DNA of 63,994 nucleotides, filler included, from Octopus bimaculoides (GCF_001194135.2; 6 parts of 6 records of this genome joined end to end with filler, not necessarily neighbours in it), one strand, 5' to 3'; shown: positions 48,756 through 61,696, counted from the first letter of the whole stretch. The notes: generated by a model from the letters alone, not told the origin. Translations and numbers: made by a program.

Positions 48756-50261
48756 AATATTTTTAATTTGTTTTCCATCTTGGCATGATGTGGATTATTT
48801 TACAAATTCCTAAATTTCTTTGAACCTCTGCAAGTTTCTCCTATTACTTACCTGTTATATTAAAAACAAATCTTGAAGTGATAATGGTGGTATTCATTTT
48901 CAATCAACTTAGACTGAAATAACAGTGTAGTGCTGAGCTGCTTAAATCTGTGACCCATATATTTTTTCTTGAAACAAGGTACTCATTTATTCTACCATTG
49001 TAATATATATCAGTATTTGACTTAATAAGGGATACCAGATTATACAAGCAAGATGAAAGTAGCATAAAGTCCATCTTCTAAGTGATTTATCCAACTTGCT
49101 AGCAACATTTGTTAAGTGGCATGATTTGCAAAGTCAAATCAAATTTAGCAAATCCATTATCACTGAACTCTTTGAAGACAATGAATAAATTTAGCAAACC
49201 CATTAATGCAAAGTCACTCATAGAAATTTATAAACTTAGAAACATCCACTACTGCCAAGCCTTTCAAAGAAATCACTTAAACATTCAGAAAGAACTATCC
49301 TATGTTTTCAATAAAGTAAATAGGACCCTTTGAATGGAATATTGCTAAATGGTCAAACCTCTCAGACCAAATTGCTTGCTAGTAAACAACACTTTCAAAA
49401 ACCATTCCCCAAATATTTTCTCACTTACACATGTGTATAGATACATACAACTGTAACTATGCATACACATGCCTCTATACTAACAACTGTAGCATCTCAA
49501 ACATCTCATTTTTGTCTTAAGTCCTGAAATGATGGTCATAACGAAATTTATATGGGTGAACGCATTTACTGAGTATTCAAACATGTTGTCACCATTACAG
49601 ATACCTTTAGAATGTTTTGAACTTGACTGTGGGTCTTGTAACTGCCAAATCAAGAATGGTAAAGCTAAATTTAGAATATTTGCTAGCACAGACTTTTTAA
49701 GAAAATGAATAGCTAGAAAGTACAGTTTATAAAAAAAAAAAGAAAAGAGGAATGCCTTACTGGTTGTTATATTTCCAATATGTACAGGAGACAGTGAAGA
49801 AACAAGTTTCAGTTAGCGTTCATAAGTTTAGTTGTCAGTCTGCCAGGAGCTAGTAGAGAAACAACTAAAAGTTAGTCACATGGAACAAAGCAGCTGGGAT
49901 ACTGAATCCAGCCATTAATGACCATAAGAAAAATGTTAGTCCAATACTTCAAGTTTTCAATTTTCATAACTTTATTATTTCAACCCAACAATATTAGCAC
50001 CTTTAACAAACTCACTGAATCAACAAGGCAGGGCATCCATATGGCATGTCAAGCTGCTAGAAATGAGTTCTTTTAAAAGTCCTTCAAAATACATGCCACC
50101 ATATTAAACATTGAAAAATGCATTTACATTAAGCTTTTGTTGCTCAACTGTTGAAACATATCTTGCATCTGCAAATTAACCTATGTCTTCTCCCCTTCTG
50201 ATGGGTGTAAATACATTTGTTATTTGAGGACATATGTTTTATTGATGATGTATTACAGATA

Positions 50262-50281
50262 TGTTTTTCTTCTAGGTAAGT
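50262..50281 (+). other. Juxtaposed acceptor and donor (recursive-splice-like AG|GTAAGT site)
   Basis: TGTTTTTCTTCTAG|GTAAGT, with AG at 50274-50275 and GT at 50276. Confidence 0.35.
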
Positions 50282-50324
50282 GTCTGGTATTATAGCTCTG
50301 GGCCATACAAATAAAAGAATATAC

Positions 50325-50374
<50 letters not shown>

Positions 50375-50575
50375 CATCATCATCATTTCAACTTCTACGT
50401 TTTTCATCTGTTGGACAATACTTCTTGAAGCAGTACTATAAAGGTAGATGCTCTCCACTTGTTTTCAAGGAAGCCAATTTATTCCACTTGTCTTCAGATG
50501 TTGAATCACCTAGCTGCTAGACACTAACTATATCACTACCTACTCACTGGTACTGGTACCAATGTGAAACCATGT

Positions 50576-50611
<36 letters not shown>

Positions 50612-50626
50612 ACACACACACACACA

Positions 50627-50683
<57 letters not shown>

Positions 50684-51683
50684 GTTAATTTATGTGACAT
50701 AATCAGGGGCTACATATTTATGCATCTCAAACCAGAAGTTTGTTCTGGTTGATTTCTGAATGGTTAGCTGAATGGGAAATAATATCACAACACTGTGTGG
50801 TATGTTGTTCTGAAAAGAAACAAAATGCAGTGGAACAAATGGAATGACCAAATCTAATTTTAATAGATGCATGGACATAATAACTCATAGAGAATGAATT
50901 TTCATTGTAAATTTGCTCCACTTTGAGCAGAATGGGTTAAACACTGAAGGTGTTGAAGTCTCATATAGCTGTGAAGAAAGAAAGTTCTTATATANNNNNN
51001 NNNNNNNNNNNNNNTATATATATATATATATATATTTATATATTTATATCATATTTATCGAAGCAATAGTGTGATGTGTTTCTATAAAAGAAACGAAATG
51101 CCATAGATCAAACAAAATGACCAAAATAAGTGAAATATATGCAGACTCACACCACTCAGAAAATAAAGTTGAATGAATTAACTTTATGAAAGTGTGCTAC
51201 TTCATTACAGAGAGCAAAATTGTAAAATGTATCCTGCAGTATGTATATAATGTTATATCTTATTGACAGATGAATGTTAATGTCATGATAACATTCTGTA
51301 CCTTGCAATGGAGCTTATTAAAATATGTGTAGAGTTTAAACATCAAAATATACTGGAGACATTATAATCTATATATACAGATATTAAAATAAGTGTCTGT
51401 GGGAGACTCCAGACATTACATCTCAATCATTCATCTGATAAAAACACACTCATTAGTGATGATGAGTATTTTTGTATCTATCACACTTAGAGAAGTGTTA
51501 TGATATATATNNNNNNNNNNNNNNNNNNNNNNNNNNNNNNNNNNNNNNNNNNNNNNNNNNNNNNNNNNNNNNNNNNNNNNNNNNNNNNNNNNNNNNNNNN
51601 NNNNNNNNNNNNNNNNNNNNNNNNNNNNNNNNNNNNNNNNNNNNNNNNNNNNNNNNNNNNNNNNNNNNNNNNNNNNNNNNNNN

Positions 51684-51729
<46 letters not shown>

Positions 51730-51919
51730 GCATGTATATGTATGTATCTCTCTCTCTCTCTCTTTCTCTTTATATATATAAAATGTATGTATATATATAT
51801 ATATATGAATATTATATGTATGCATGCATGGGCTGTATATGTATGTATGTATGTGTACATTTATATGTACTGGTGTATGTGCGTGTATATATATATATAT
51901 ATGTGTGTGTATATATATA

Positions 51920-51967
<48 letters not shown>

Positions 51968-52049
51968 TGTGTGTGTAAGTTGATATACCTATATAGAGTG
52001 GAAGCAATACTATTGAGAATGGCTGAAATCATCATCATCATCGTTTAAC

Positions 52050-52269
52050 TTCCGTTTTCCATACTGGTACGGATGTCATTTGACTTCGGCCATGCTGCAG
52101 CACTGCCTTTGTTTTTAGTTGTACAAATTGACTCAAGGACTAATTCTTTGTAATCTTGGCACTTATTCTGTTGGTCACTCTTGCAAAACCACTAAATTAC
52201 AAGGGCATAAACACACCAATATCAGTTGTCAAGCGATGGTAGGGGGGAGAAAAAACACACACACACACA

Positions 52270-52270
<1 letters not shown>
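52050..52270 (-). mobile_element. SINE family B, 3' half
   Basis: CATTTGACTTCGGCCATGCTG...CACACCAATATCAGTTGTCAAGCGATG. Confidence 0.75.
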
Positions 52271-52306
<36 letters not shown>

Positions 52307-52583
52307 GTTTAACGTCCGCTTTCCATGCTAGCATGGGTTGGACGATTTGACTGAGGACTGGTGAAACCGGATGGCAACACCAGGCTCCAATCTAATTTGG
52401 CAGAGTTTCTACAGCTGGATGCCCTTCCTAACGCCAACCACTCAGAAAGTGTAGTGGGTGCTTTTACGTGTCACCCGCACGAAGGCCAGTCAGGCGGTAC
52501 TGGCAACGGCCACGCTCGAAATGGTGTCTTTTATGTGCCACCCGCACAAGAACCAGTCCAGGGGCACTGGCAACGATCTCGCT
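52271..52583 (-). mobile_element. 3' UTR and (TGA)n tail of the RTE LINE family, cut by a gap
   Basis: Reverse complement closely resembles about 62500-62795 (GGAAGGGCATCCAGCTGTAGAAACTCT...GGACGTTAAA(C)GATGATGA). Confidence 0.85.
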
Positions 52584-52683
52584 NNNNNNNNNNNNNNNNN
52601 NNNNNNNNNNNNNNNNNNNNNNNNNNNTTAATTAATTAANNNNNNNNNNNNNNNNNNNNNNNNNNNNNNNNNNNNNNNNNNNN

Positions 52684-52719
<36 letters not shown>

Positions 52720-52723
<4 letters not shown>

Positions 52724-53085
52724 TTGATTGAATGAAAAATGACCGCATTCTGAAAATTCTTCTGTATGGCCCACAAGTGGAGGGATATTGTTGTAAAGGA
52801 AGACTTCTCTTTAGGTATAAGAATAGGTTGAAACAATCACTAGAGTCTCTACAGCTTAACATGACATCTTGGAAAAATTATTGCCCAGATCGATCTGCAT
52901 GTCGTAAAATGTGTCATGAAGCATCAAAATAATTGGAGTTGAAGAAACAAAACAAAAAAAGAATTATATCCTGCAATCAACAGACACATTTGTCCAATTG
53001 CAGGCAAAATCAAAACCATTGTCCCCATTGTGACTTCACAGCAAAATCCTGAACTCAAATTACATTCACCCATCCATCGCAAATA
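52720..53085 (+). mobile_element. 3' fragment of an RTE (BovB-like) LINE
   Basis: MKNDRILKILLYG...GRLLFRYKNRLKQSLESL....W....PDRSACRK, then CPHCDF. Confidence 0.7.
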
Positions 53086-53114
53086 GATGCAGCTTCTTTC
53101 TTTTTTTTTGCTTG

Positions 53115-53149
<35 letters not shown>

Positions 53150-53396
53150 ATTATTCCCTTTAACTTTAAGTTCTCTCCTTCAAACACTCCTACGTCGAAA
53201 CCGACGGCAACGATATCATGCATATACATACATACACACACACACATGTGTATGTACATATATATANNNNNNNNNNNNNNNNNNNNNNNNNNNNNNNNNN
53301 NNNNNNNNNNNNNNNNNNNNNNNNNNNNNNNNNNNNNNNNNNNNNNNNNNNNNNNNNNNNNNNNNNNNNNNNNNNNNNNNNNNNNNNNNNNNNNNN

Positions 53397-53449
<53 letters not shown>

Positions 53450-53956
53450 GTGTTGTACATACATGCACAAACGCACATGCATTCACACGCACAGACCACA
53501 CCCTCGCTTCTATGCATTTAGACTCACTGCGAAATGCACGTATACACTAGAAAATTCTCTTCGTTTTCAATAAAGATGAAGCCATATATATATTTAAAAG
53601 GAAATAGTCTGAGAAACGCGTGCATTCCTCTTTCCAGTGCATTATCGGGGAAATTAAATGAAAGACAAACAGACAGAGAAGACAAGCAGATAGACAGGTA
53701 GTAGGCAAGACAAGTATACAACAAAACGTTAATATACATACATATAGACAGTCAAGAACCGAAATTGGATCATATCCTGTTAGGTCACTGAAATGTTATT
53801 TCATTCTCCTATTTGGTTTGCACGATTCTTGGAGTGAACTGGTGTGTTGAAGCAGACTTTGTTGTATATCGGAATGGTCGTTATGCCAATTCTCCCGGAA
53901 TACATACAAAATTAACCTTAATTCCTTGTACTAGATCTGTTTCCCCAACCCATGCA

Positions 53957-54001
<45 letters not shown>

Positions 54002-54076
54002 CGTTAAACTAATACACCTGATTGTTGTTCCTATACCTATCATCGTCTTTTGTTTTCAGTAAATTTGAACTATATA

Positions 54077-55369
54077 CAGGGAGGGGCAGAGAGGACGGAC
54101 GTTTATGAAATGGTTATTACTCAGTCCCAGGGGAGGGACATATGTCCTACAGGTACCATTCAATCTGTAGTGTCTAAGCATTTTTTTTTTCATCTCAGGT
54201 GAAGCTATGACGCTGTGGACGATAGAGCCTCGCATGTTTGCCTACGTCAGTTACGTGAAGAATAACGAGTCTGTCACAGCAATTCAGCTTGAGTTTCGGC
54301 ACCGCTTCAACATTCACCAAAATCAGGCTATTCCCACCCGTAACACAATCTTACGTTGGGAGAATGTACTTTGTACACGAGGTACACTAATGAATAGGAG
54401 ACAGGTGGGGGTATCATGAATGGTAAGGACCCCGGAAAATGTGGAAAATGTCAGACAAAGTTTGATATGGAGTCCGAATCGCTCTGCTCGGAGACATTTC
54501 ATTGAACTTGGCATTGGTAATCGATAGGTCAGGCGTATTTTGCATGAAGACCTACATTTCCACCTGTACAAATTGGTCATTGGGCAACAGGTGAAACCAT
54601 GGCACTATGCACAGTGGCTTAACTTCGCACATCAGATGGAAGCAATTTTTGAGGCAAATGATAACCTCATTTTGTTAATGGGTGATGAAACTCATTTTCA
54701 TCTCAATGGCATGGGGAAAAAAGAGAACTGTCGTTATTGGACTCTTGAAAATCCGAGAGAACTACACGAAAGACCACTGCACAGCTCAAAAGTGACATCC
54801 TGATGTGCTGTTGGAAAAGCTGCCGTCATTGCTACTTACTTTTTTGAAGACAATAATCGAAATGCTGTTACGGTGAACTCCGAGTGTTACATCGAGAAGA
54901 TAAGCAACTTTGTGTCTGAATTACGACGAAAACGTATGCATATTCAATGCGTGTGATTTCAGGCCCACACAGCCAGAGTTTCAGTTAACGTTCTTCGCCA
55001 TCTCTTCGGTGACCTCCTCATTTCCAGGTATGCTGTCATTCCTTGGCCCTCTTGGAACCCTGATTTATCCATGTGTGAAGGTACGTGTGTAAGCGCACAA
55101 GCCCCGTACACCGGACGATTTGAAGGAAGTTATTAGCGTGGAAGTCACCCAAATCGACAGAGCAATACTAGAGAAAGTGGAGGCCAACTTCCAAGAACGG
55201 TTTCAGGAATGCATCAATGAAAACGGACACGACATGATAGATGTTGTTTTCCACACTTAATTTTGACAAATGCTAATTCAATACAAACACATTGTTGTCA
55301 ATAAAATTTGTTTGCAGCTAAAATTCAGGATTTTTTTAACTTTTCAAAAACATCCGTCTTCTCTGCATA

Positions 55370-55372
<3 letters not shown>
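54077..55372 (+). mobile_element. Tc1/mariner-superfamily element (DUF4817-type HTH + DDE_3, maT-like), transposase pseudogene
   Basis: ATG at 54207, MTLWTIEPR..IPTRNTILRW; GDETHFHLNG..KENCRYW..ENP; TVNSECY; WPSWNPDLS. TIR GCAGAGAGGACGGACGTTTATGAAA / TTTCAAAAACATCCGTCTTCTCTGC; TA|CAGGG start. Confidence 0.9.

Positions 55373-55453
<81 letters not shown>
55373..55453. repeat. (TA)n microsatellite between two Tc1/mariner elements
   Basis: Direct reading. Confidence 0.95.
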
Positions 55454-56342
55454 CGAGGTCTGAGCAATAAGTATCTAGACTGTTGCCATAGTAACGAAGG
55501 TAAAGCATGGAGAGTGAAACCGCTTCGCAAAGATTGACCTTGAACTCTGCTGAGCATGTGCACTAAGTTTTAACGTTTTAGCTCACTTCCGCTGTTTACA
55601 GCAGTGCATGGAAGGAAGCTGTGTAGCGTGTGATCGTCGCATTGACCATGGCAGAGAATGTTGTCATGGTGATACCTGCTCAGAGGCCAATTCAAACTTG
55701 CAGAAAGTATGTGGAGAAGAGTGTATAAGTCGCACACAAGTGTACAAGTGATTCAGACGTTTCCAAGATGGCCGAAAACTGTCGATATTGACGAACGGTT
55801 TGGGAGGCCCACAACCAGCAGAACTGAAAAAGCATCGTAGATATGCGTGAAGCTGTGATGGAAAATCGTCGAATCACCATCCGTGAGTTATCAGAGGATG
55901 TGCAGATTAATTACGGGTCAGTTTAGTCCATTATCAATGAAGATTTGGGTATGAGATACGTGTCTGCCAAGTTTATGCCAAAACTGCTTTCGGCTGACCA
56001 AAAAGACACACAAGTTTCATTTGCACAAGATCTCCTTGATTGTGTCGAGAATGATGAAAACTTTTTGAAAACTTTAAGCAGGTCTCTGAGCAGGTATCGT
56101 CAAGCTTTTGGCAAAATTTGATGCAGATTCTCTGCTTAACTTTCTGTCATAGTCAATGCGACGATCACGCGCTACACACCTCCCTTCCAAGCTCCGTTCT
56201 AAACAGTGGAAGTAAGCTAGGACGTTAAAATTTAGTGCATATGCACAAAAGCGTTCAAGTTCAATCTGTGCCGAGCGGCTTCACTCTGCGTACTTTAACT
56301 TCGTTACTATAGCAACAGTCCGGATAATTATTGATCACACCA
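55454..56342 (+). mobile_element. Non-autonomous mariner derivative with about 190-bp TIRs and a partial transposase N-terminus
   Basis: TA|CGAGG start; TIRs 55454-55646 / 56152-56342; internal ENRRITIRELSEDVQINYGSV*SIINEDLGMRYVSAKFMPKLLSADQK (mariner HTH and WVP-like linker). Confidence 0.9.
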
Positions 56343-56789
56343 TATATACATATATATATAATAATAATAATATAAAAAATATATAAATGCATATATACAT
56401 ACATGCATAACTTACATATATATGTATATACGCATACATATATGGGTATATATGCATGGTATATATGGCATACTTCAAAAAACGTAAACTACAAGAAAAA
56501 CGAGAACATGAATTACCACTCGAAACACAGAGTAGATAAAACAGTGGACAACTGATGAAGAGATTGTTCTTTATGTTGCCTATCACTTTTTTTTTTATTT
56601 GCTTACGTTTTTTGACGCCCTGTACCCATATATACAAAGACACACAAAAACACATAAAGGAAACGTAGAATATACATAAGCAAGTATGGCCCTGTAGCTT
56701 GTAGCAAGCTTTGGCTAGTTGTTTTAGGTACCTATCACATCCCTAGACAGAAGGGAACCTCGAAGATGGTATTGGGTTTATATATTTTC

Positions 56790-56905
56790 GAGCTGAGTAG
56801 ACGAGGGCAATGTAAGAGGAAGTGGTTTGCGCGAAAGGCATGGGTGGTGCAGGAATCGAACCAATGACCATAGGGTTGCGAGCCCAACACCCTAAACCAC
56901 AGATG
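56790..56905 (-). mobile_element. Degenerate tRNA-derived SINE head, followed by a possibly CORE-like segment
   Basis: The - strand reads GTGGTTTAGGGTGTTGGGCTCGCAACCCTATGGTCATTGGTTCGATTCCTGC (A/B boxes). Confidence 0.55.
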
Positions 56906-57946
56906 CTGGTTTTCTTTTGAATTGGTCGTGATAGGCGTTCGAATAATAGACAGGTGTGTCTTTAATGCCTTTCCCGAAGGCATTAAACGAAGAAAGTAGA
57001 AAATCGTTAGATTTCCAGATGTTAGAAGCTTGCTTCTTGCTGTGCTGCATGTATAACGCTTGTACTTTATGTGTCGCTGTTACTACTACTGCTGCTACTG
57101 CTGCTACTGCTGCTACTGCTGCTGCTGCTTTGTTGTTAGTTTTGTTGTAGGTGTCGGCGTCTTTGTAGCTGGCGTCATCGACGTTGTTGATGTCGCCCCT
57201 TATAGTCTTTGTTGTTTCTTTCATTGATGTTGTTGTTGTTGTTGTTGTTGATGATGATGGTGTTGTCATCGCTTTCACCATTGTTTTTTTTATTTTGTTT
57301 TGATTTTTGTTGTTGACGTCATCGTTTTCTTTCTTTTTTTTTTCATTGTAGCTGTTCTTTTATAACTGCTGTTCACCACCGATGCCATCTTCCCTTTTCT
57401 TCTTGTTAATGTTGTTGTAGGTTATTGTTACTGCTGTAACCTAACAGTACAATTATTGATCCAAACTCTGAACAATGACATTCCAACCGTGACTATCTAT
57501 CCTGTCTGGTTTCCTAGACCATATCCAAGGGAAGTGCAATTCATTTAACGCATCATCCTTTCCCTCACACTATAACCTACAGTCTTATGTTATTTTTCAT
57601 ATTCCAACAACTAGACTACGGCCATGCTGGGGCATTTCCCTGCAAGAGTTTTATTATATCATAGCTTTTCTAGGTACAAATTTCTAGCGACTAATTTTCT
57701 CTTTCATTGCTTCTTTCAAGGGGTCAAGTTAAATTTTTCACACAATGACATGTGTTTGACCGCTGTCTGCTGTAGTTGCTGTTGACGCTGTTGTGTGAAA
57801 CACAAGAAAGTGGGCACTCACATCGGTGTCTATGTGAATATGTATGTACATATATATGTGCGTGTGTGTGTGTGTGAGCGCACGTGTGTGTGTATATGTA
57901 GGTATGTAAATACATGTATTTATGTATGTATACTATACATATACAT

Positions 57947-58028
<82 letters not shown>

Positions 58029-58157
58029 TTATGTATAAATATCGAAAAATGTACACACACACATATATATCCGTGCATATTTATATATGTGTGACCACAT
58101 GTATACATGGGTCTGTGAAAATATACGTAAACACACGTGCATATACAATTGCATATA

Positions 58158-58177
58158 TGTAGATAGACAGATAGATG

Positions 58178-58234
<57 letters not shown>

Positions 58235-58235
58235 C

Positions 58236-58300
<65 letters not shown>
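58158..58300. repeat. (GATA)n microsatellite
   Basis: Direct reading. Confidence 0.95.
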
Positions 58301-58301
<1 letters not shown>

Positions 58302-58749
58302 CAGAGAGCAAGAGAGAGCGAGAAAGAGTGAAAAAGAGACAGGCTGTTTGATACTTTAAAATTTCAATTCGCTATCCGGTGTTATAATATATGTCACTTG
58401 TCCAAGGTGACAGCCGGAAGCAACGAAGATGTAGAGCGAACTTCCTAACCAGTCAGCCTCGCCTGCACCTATAGCATGTGATTCGATGAAGATTTGGCTG
58501 TGATTTCTAAAAAGTTATATGGACAATTCATGGGTGTTCCCCGTTGGTTCGTGACACTTTATAATGATTTCCCTTACATAGACGAAATCTCGAGAGGAAA
58601 GAGATAAAGTCTATTTGACTGAACATATGGTATATGTATCAAAGAACATATGAATTAAGTCTACGTTTGAATTCAGTGTTAATTCTATGTTTGAATGAAA
58701 TGTACTTTTAGTCTTGATCTTAAATAAGTTTTGAGATTTCTTTCTTTCA

Positions 58750-58783
58750 TTTCTACTACTACTACTATTACTACTACTATTAT

Positions 58784-58860
<77 letters not shown>

Positions 58861-58880
58861 TTATTATTATTATTATTATT
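58750..58880. repeat. Compound (ACT)n-(ATT)n microsatellite
   Basis: Direct reading. Confidence 0.95.
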
Positions 58881-58884
58881 AATA

Positions 58885-59156
58885 TTGCCTTTGCACAGCT
58901 TCTAACGCTGGAGATGTACTACGGTGTCAACTGTTCACTACCAGTGAACTCAGGTAACACCTCTTATTTTTCGAGCACCTTCCGGAGTATTCGAGCGGTT
59001 CCAAGCAGTGCTCCACCCTTATTGCAGCTCCTATTTGTCCCACGTACTTCTCGAGATTTTTACTTACTGTTCCCAGGGCCCCGACAATTATTGGTACCAC
59101 TACCACCTTTTCATCAACCACAAACTCCCAAGCTAACCTGTCATACCTATCGACTT
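58885..59156 (-). mobile_element. 5'-truncated R4/Dong-clade retrotransposon (RLE C-terminus and 3' UTR) between (TAA)n tracts
   Basis: KVDRYDRLAWE..VVVVPIIVGALGTVSKNLEKYVGQIG..IRVEH parallels the C-terminus of the 29200-32400 element. Confidence 0.8.
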
Positions 59157-59324
59157 TATTATTATTATTATTATTATTTTTTTTTTTATTTAGGTTGTTG
59201 TTTAACCCTTGTTCCTCTCTGATCCAGTATTCCATATGATCAAAAGATATTCCAGCTGTGAACCCTCTTTTCTTGGATTACATTATTCCAATGTGCCCTT
59301 CCTTTATCAAATCTTTAGGGAATG

Positions 59325-59377
<53 letters not shown>

Positions 59378-59812
59378 AGACTATTTTCCGTTGATAGGGC
59401 AAACGCTTACCCCCTCCCTAATTAACTCGAAAAGTCTAGTCCATAGACTGTCGGGGTCGAGAACCAATCTAAGGTAGTGAACTAGTGAAATTGTAAGAAT
59501 GTCGGACAAGATGACTTGCGGTATTTGTTGCGATTCTTTGTATTCTGAGTTCAAACCACGTTATGGACTGGCTGAGTGCTAGCCTCGATCCGTCACCAGT
59601 TTTAACGCCACAACTTAATAACTTCATACCTTTTAGCTGTAGTATCCATTTTGTTGTGAATATTTCAACCAGGTTCGCTGGTTTGAGGATTCCTTCCTCC
59701 TTTATTCAAAACGTTCTGGGAAAACCATGTAAAGGGTCATAGGCACTGTCTTTCCTTTTCATTATAAGTGATAAATAAAATAAATAATAGAGTATATGTT
59801 GATTTCATTTCG

Positions 59813-59955
59813 TTATCATCATCATCATCATCATCATCTTCATCGTCATCATCATCATCATCATCATCTTCTTCTTCTTCTTCTTCTTCTTCTTCTTCTT
59901 CTTCTTCTTCTTCTTCTTCTTCTTCTTCTTCTTCTTCTTCTTCTTCTTCTTCTTT
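59813..59955. repeat. Compound (TCA)n-(TCT)n microsatellite
   Basis: Direct reading. Confidence 0.95.
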
Positions 59956-60014
59956 CTTTCTTTCTTTATTTTTTTCACTGTTCATGTTGTGGTTGTTACT
60001 GTTGTTATTGTTAT

Positions 60015-60500
60015 TAAGGCAGCGAGCTTGCAGAACCGTTAGCACGCCGGGCGAAATGCTTAGCGGCATTGCGCTTGGCTTTGCGTTCTAAGCTCACATG
60101 CCACCGAGGTTCGGAGTTGATTAAATAAGTACCAGTGAAGTACTGTGGTCGATGAAATCTTCGAATCCCCTCCACTAAAATCTCAGGCCCCGTAGAAAGG
60201 ATTATTATTTGAATCATCATAATCATCATCATCATCATATTCAACATAGTCGTCGTCTTCATCGTCGTCCTTGTCATCATTGTTAGTGAGCCGTGGGCTG
60301 GCAGAATCGTTAAAGCGTCAGACAAATTGGGCCTTGCGCTATTTTTCTTGCCTCTTTACATTCTGAGTTCAAATCCCGCTGAAATCAACTTTACTTCTCA
60401 TCTTTACAGGGTCGATAAAACGAAATACTAGTCCAGTACTGCTTAGTAAGTAATCGACTTGTCCCATCACTTCAGAACACTTGGCTTCTGCCTGGAACAA
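60015..60500 (+). mobile_element. Two SINE family A copies (about 60015-60205 and 60285-60500), CpG-retaining
   Basis: AAGGCAGCGAGCTTGCAGAACCGTTAGCACGCCGGGCGAAATGCTTAGCGG; GTGAGCCGTGGGCTGGCAGAATCGTT...TGAGTTCAAATCCCGC. Confidence 0.85.
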
Positions 60501-60511
60501 TAACAGCAACA

Positions 60512-60528
60512 ACTACTACTACTACTAG

Positions 60529-60566
<38 letters not shown>

Positions 60567-60587
60567 GTAGTAGTAGTAGTAGTAGTG

Positions 60588-60631
<44 letters not shown>
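60512..60631. repeat. (ACT)n switching to (AGT)n: a self-complementary triplet palindrome
   Basis: Centre ACTAGT at 60563-60568. Confidence 0.9.
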
Positions 60632-61025
60632 CAGAAGGACTGACAGTCGTGTACCCAGACAGCTGTTATACGACGAGCTCACACAGACAAGGAAGACCTA
60701 AACGGAGGTACAAGGACACCTTGAAATGCAACTCCAAATGGAATGGAGCGACATTAGTCAACACGAACTTGAAGCCTCTGCCTGCAGACACATCAGCGTG
60801 GAGGTATCTCACCTGACGAGCAGCAGCCACTTTCGAAGGAAGACCGGCGTTTGCGTCTCGCTCTTAGAAAAGAAAGACGTCACAGGGCAGCCTCCGCGTA
60901 AGTCCAGTCAAGAGACTATCGTTGTGACATCTGTGTGTTTCTAGCTTTGGACTGTGGTTTCACATGCGCTCTCATCCCTGAGAATACGGACTGTGTAATC
61001 TTCGGACACCGATGAACTACAAAGA
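60631..61025 (+). mobile_element. 3' fragment of a second RTE (BovB-like) LINE family with a C-terminal C2H2-like finger
   Basis: DSRVPRQLLYDEL, GRPKRRYKDTLKCN, SAWRYLT, YRCDIC and HMRSH; 3' end GTAATCTTCGGACACCGATGAACTAC. Confidence 0.75.
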
Positions 61026-61129
61026 AAACGATTACAAGGAACTTATAAGAAACTGTAAGAGAGAGAAAAGAAAACCTCTGATAAAAAGAAATAAATTCAA
61101 ATATTGTGGAGTTATATTTGCAACGCACG

Positions 61130-61444
61130 CATCCACTTACATACATACATGCATGCATACATACATACATACATACATACATACATACATACATACATAC
61201 ATACATACACACACACACATACATACATACATACATACACACACACATACATACATACACACACACATACATATATTCATACTTACATACATACATAAGT
61301 ACGTACGTACTTACTTACATACAAGCATACATACGTACGTACATACAAACATACATACATATATACATATATATATATACATACATATATACAGACATAT
61401 TTGTACGTACCTACATACATACCTACATACATACACACACAAAC

Positions 61445-61494
<50 letters not shown>
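61130..61494. repeat. (TACA)n/(CA)n/(TA)n microsatellite field
   Basis: Direct reading. Confidence 0.95.
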
Positions 61495-61595
61495 NNNNNN
61501 NNNNNNNNNNNNNNNNNNNNNNNNNNNNNNNNNNNNNNTTAATTAATTAANNNNNNNNNNNNNNNNNNNNNNNNNNNNNNNNNNNNNNNNNNNNT

Positions 61596-61632
<37 letters not shown>

Positions 61633-61661
61633 TATATATATGTATACATATATATATATGT

Positions 61662-61696
<35 letters not shown>

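Noticed and set aside
49788-49853. Phase-0 terminal-exon candidate ETVKKQVSVSVHKFSCQSARS*
   Set aside because: No PH beta4-beta7 or helix similarity; ordinary acceptor-like noise. The same applies to 51270-51332 (MNVNVMITFCTLQWSLLKYV*).
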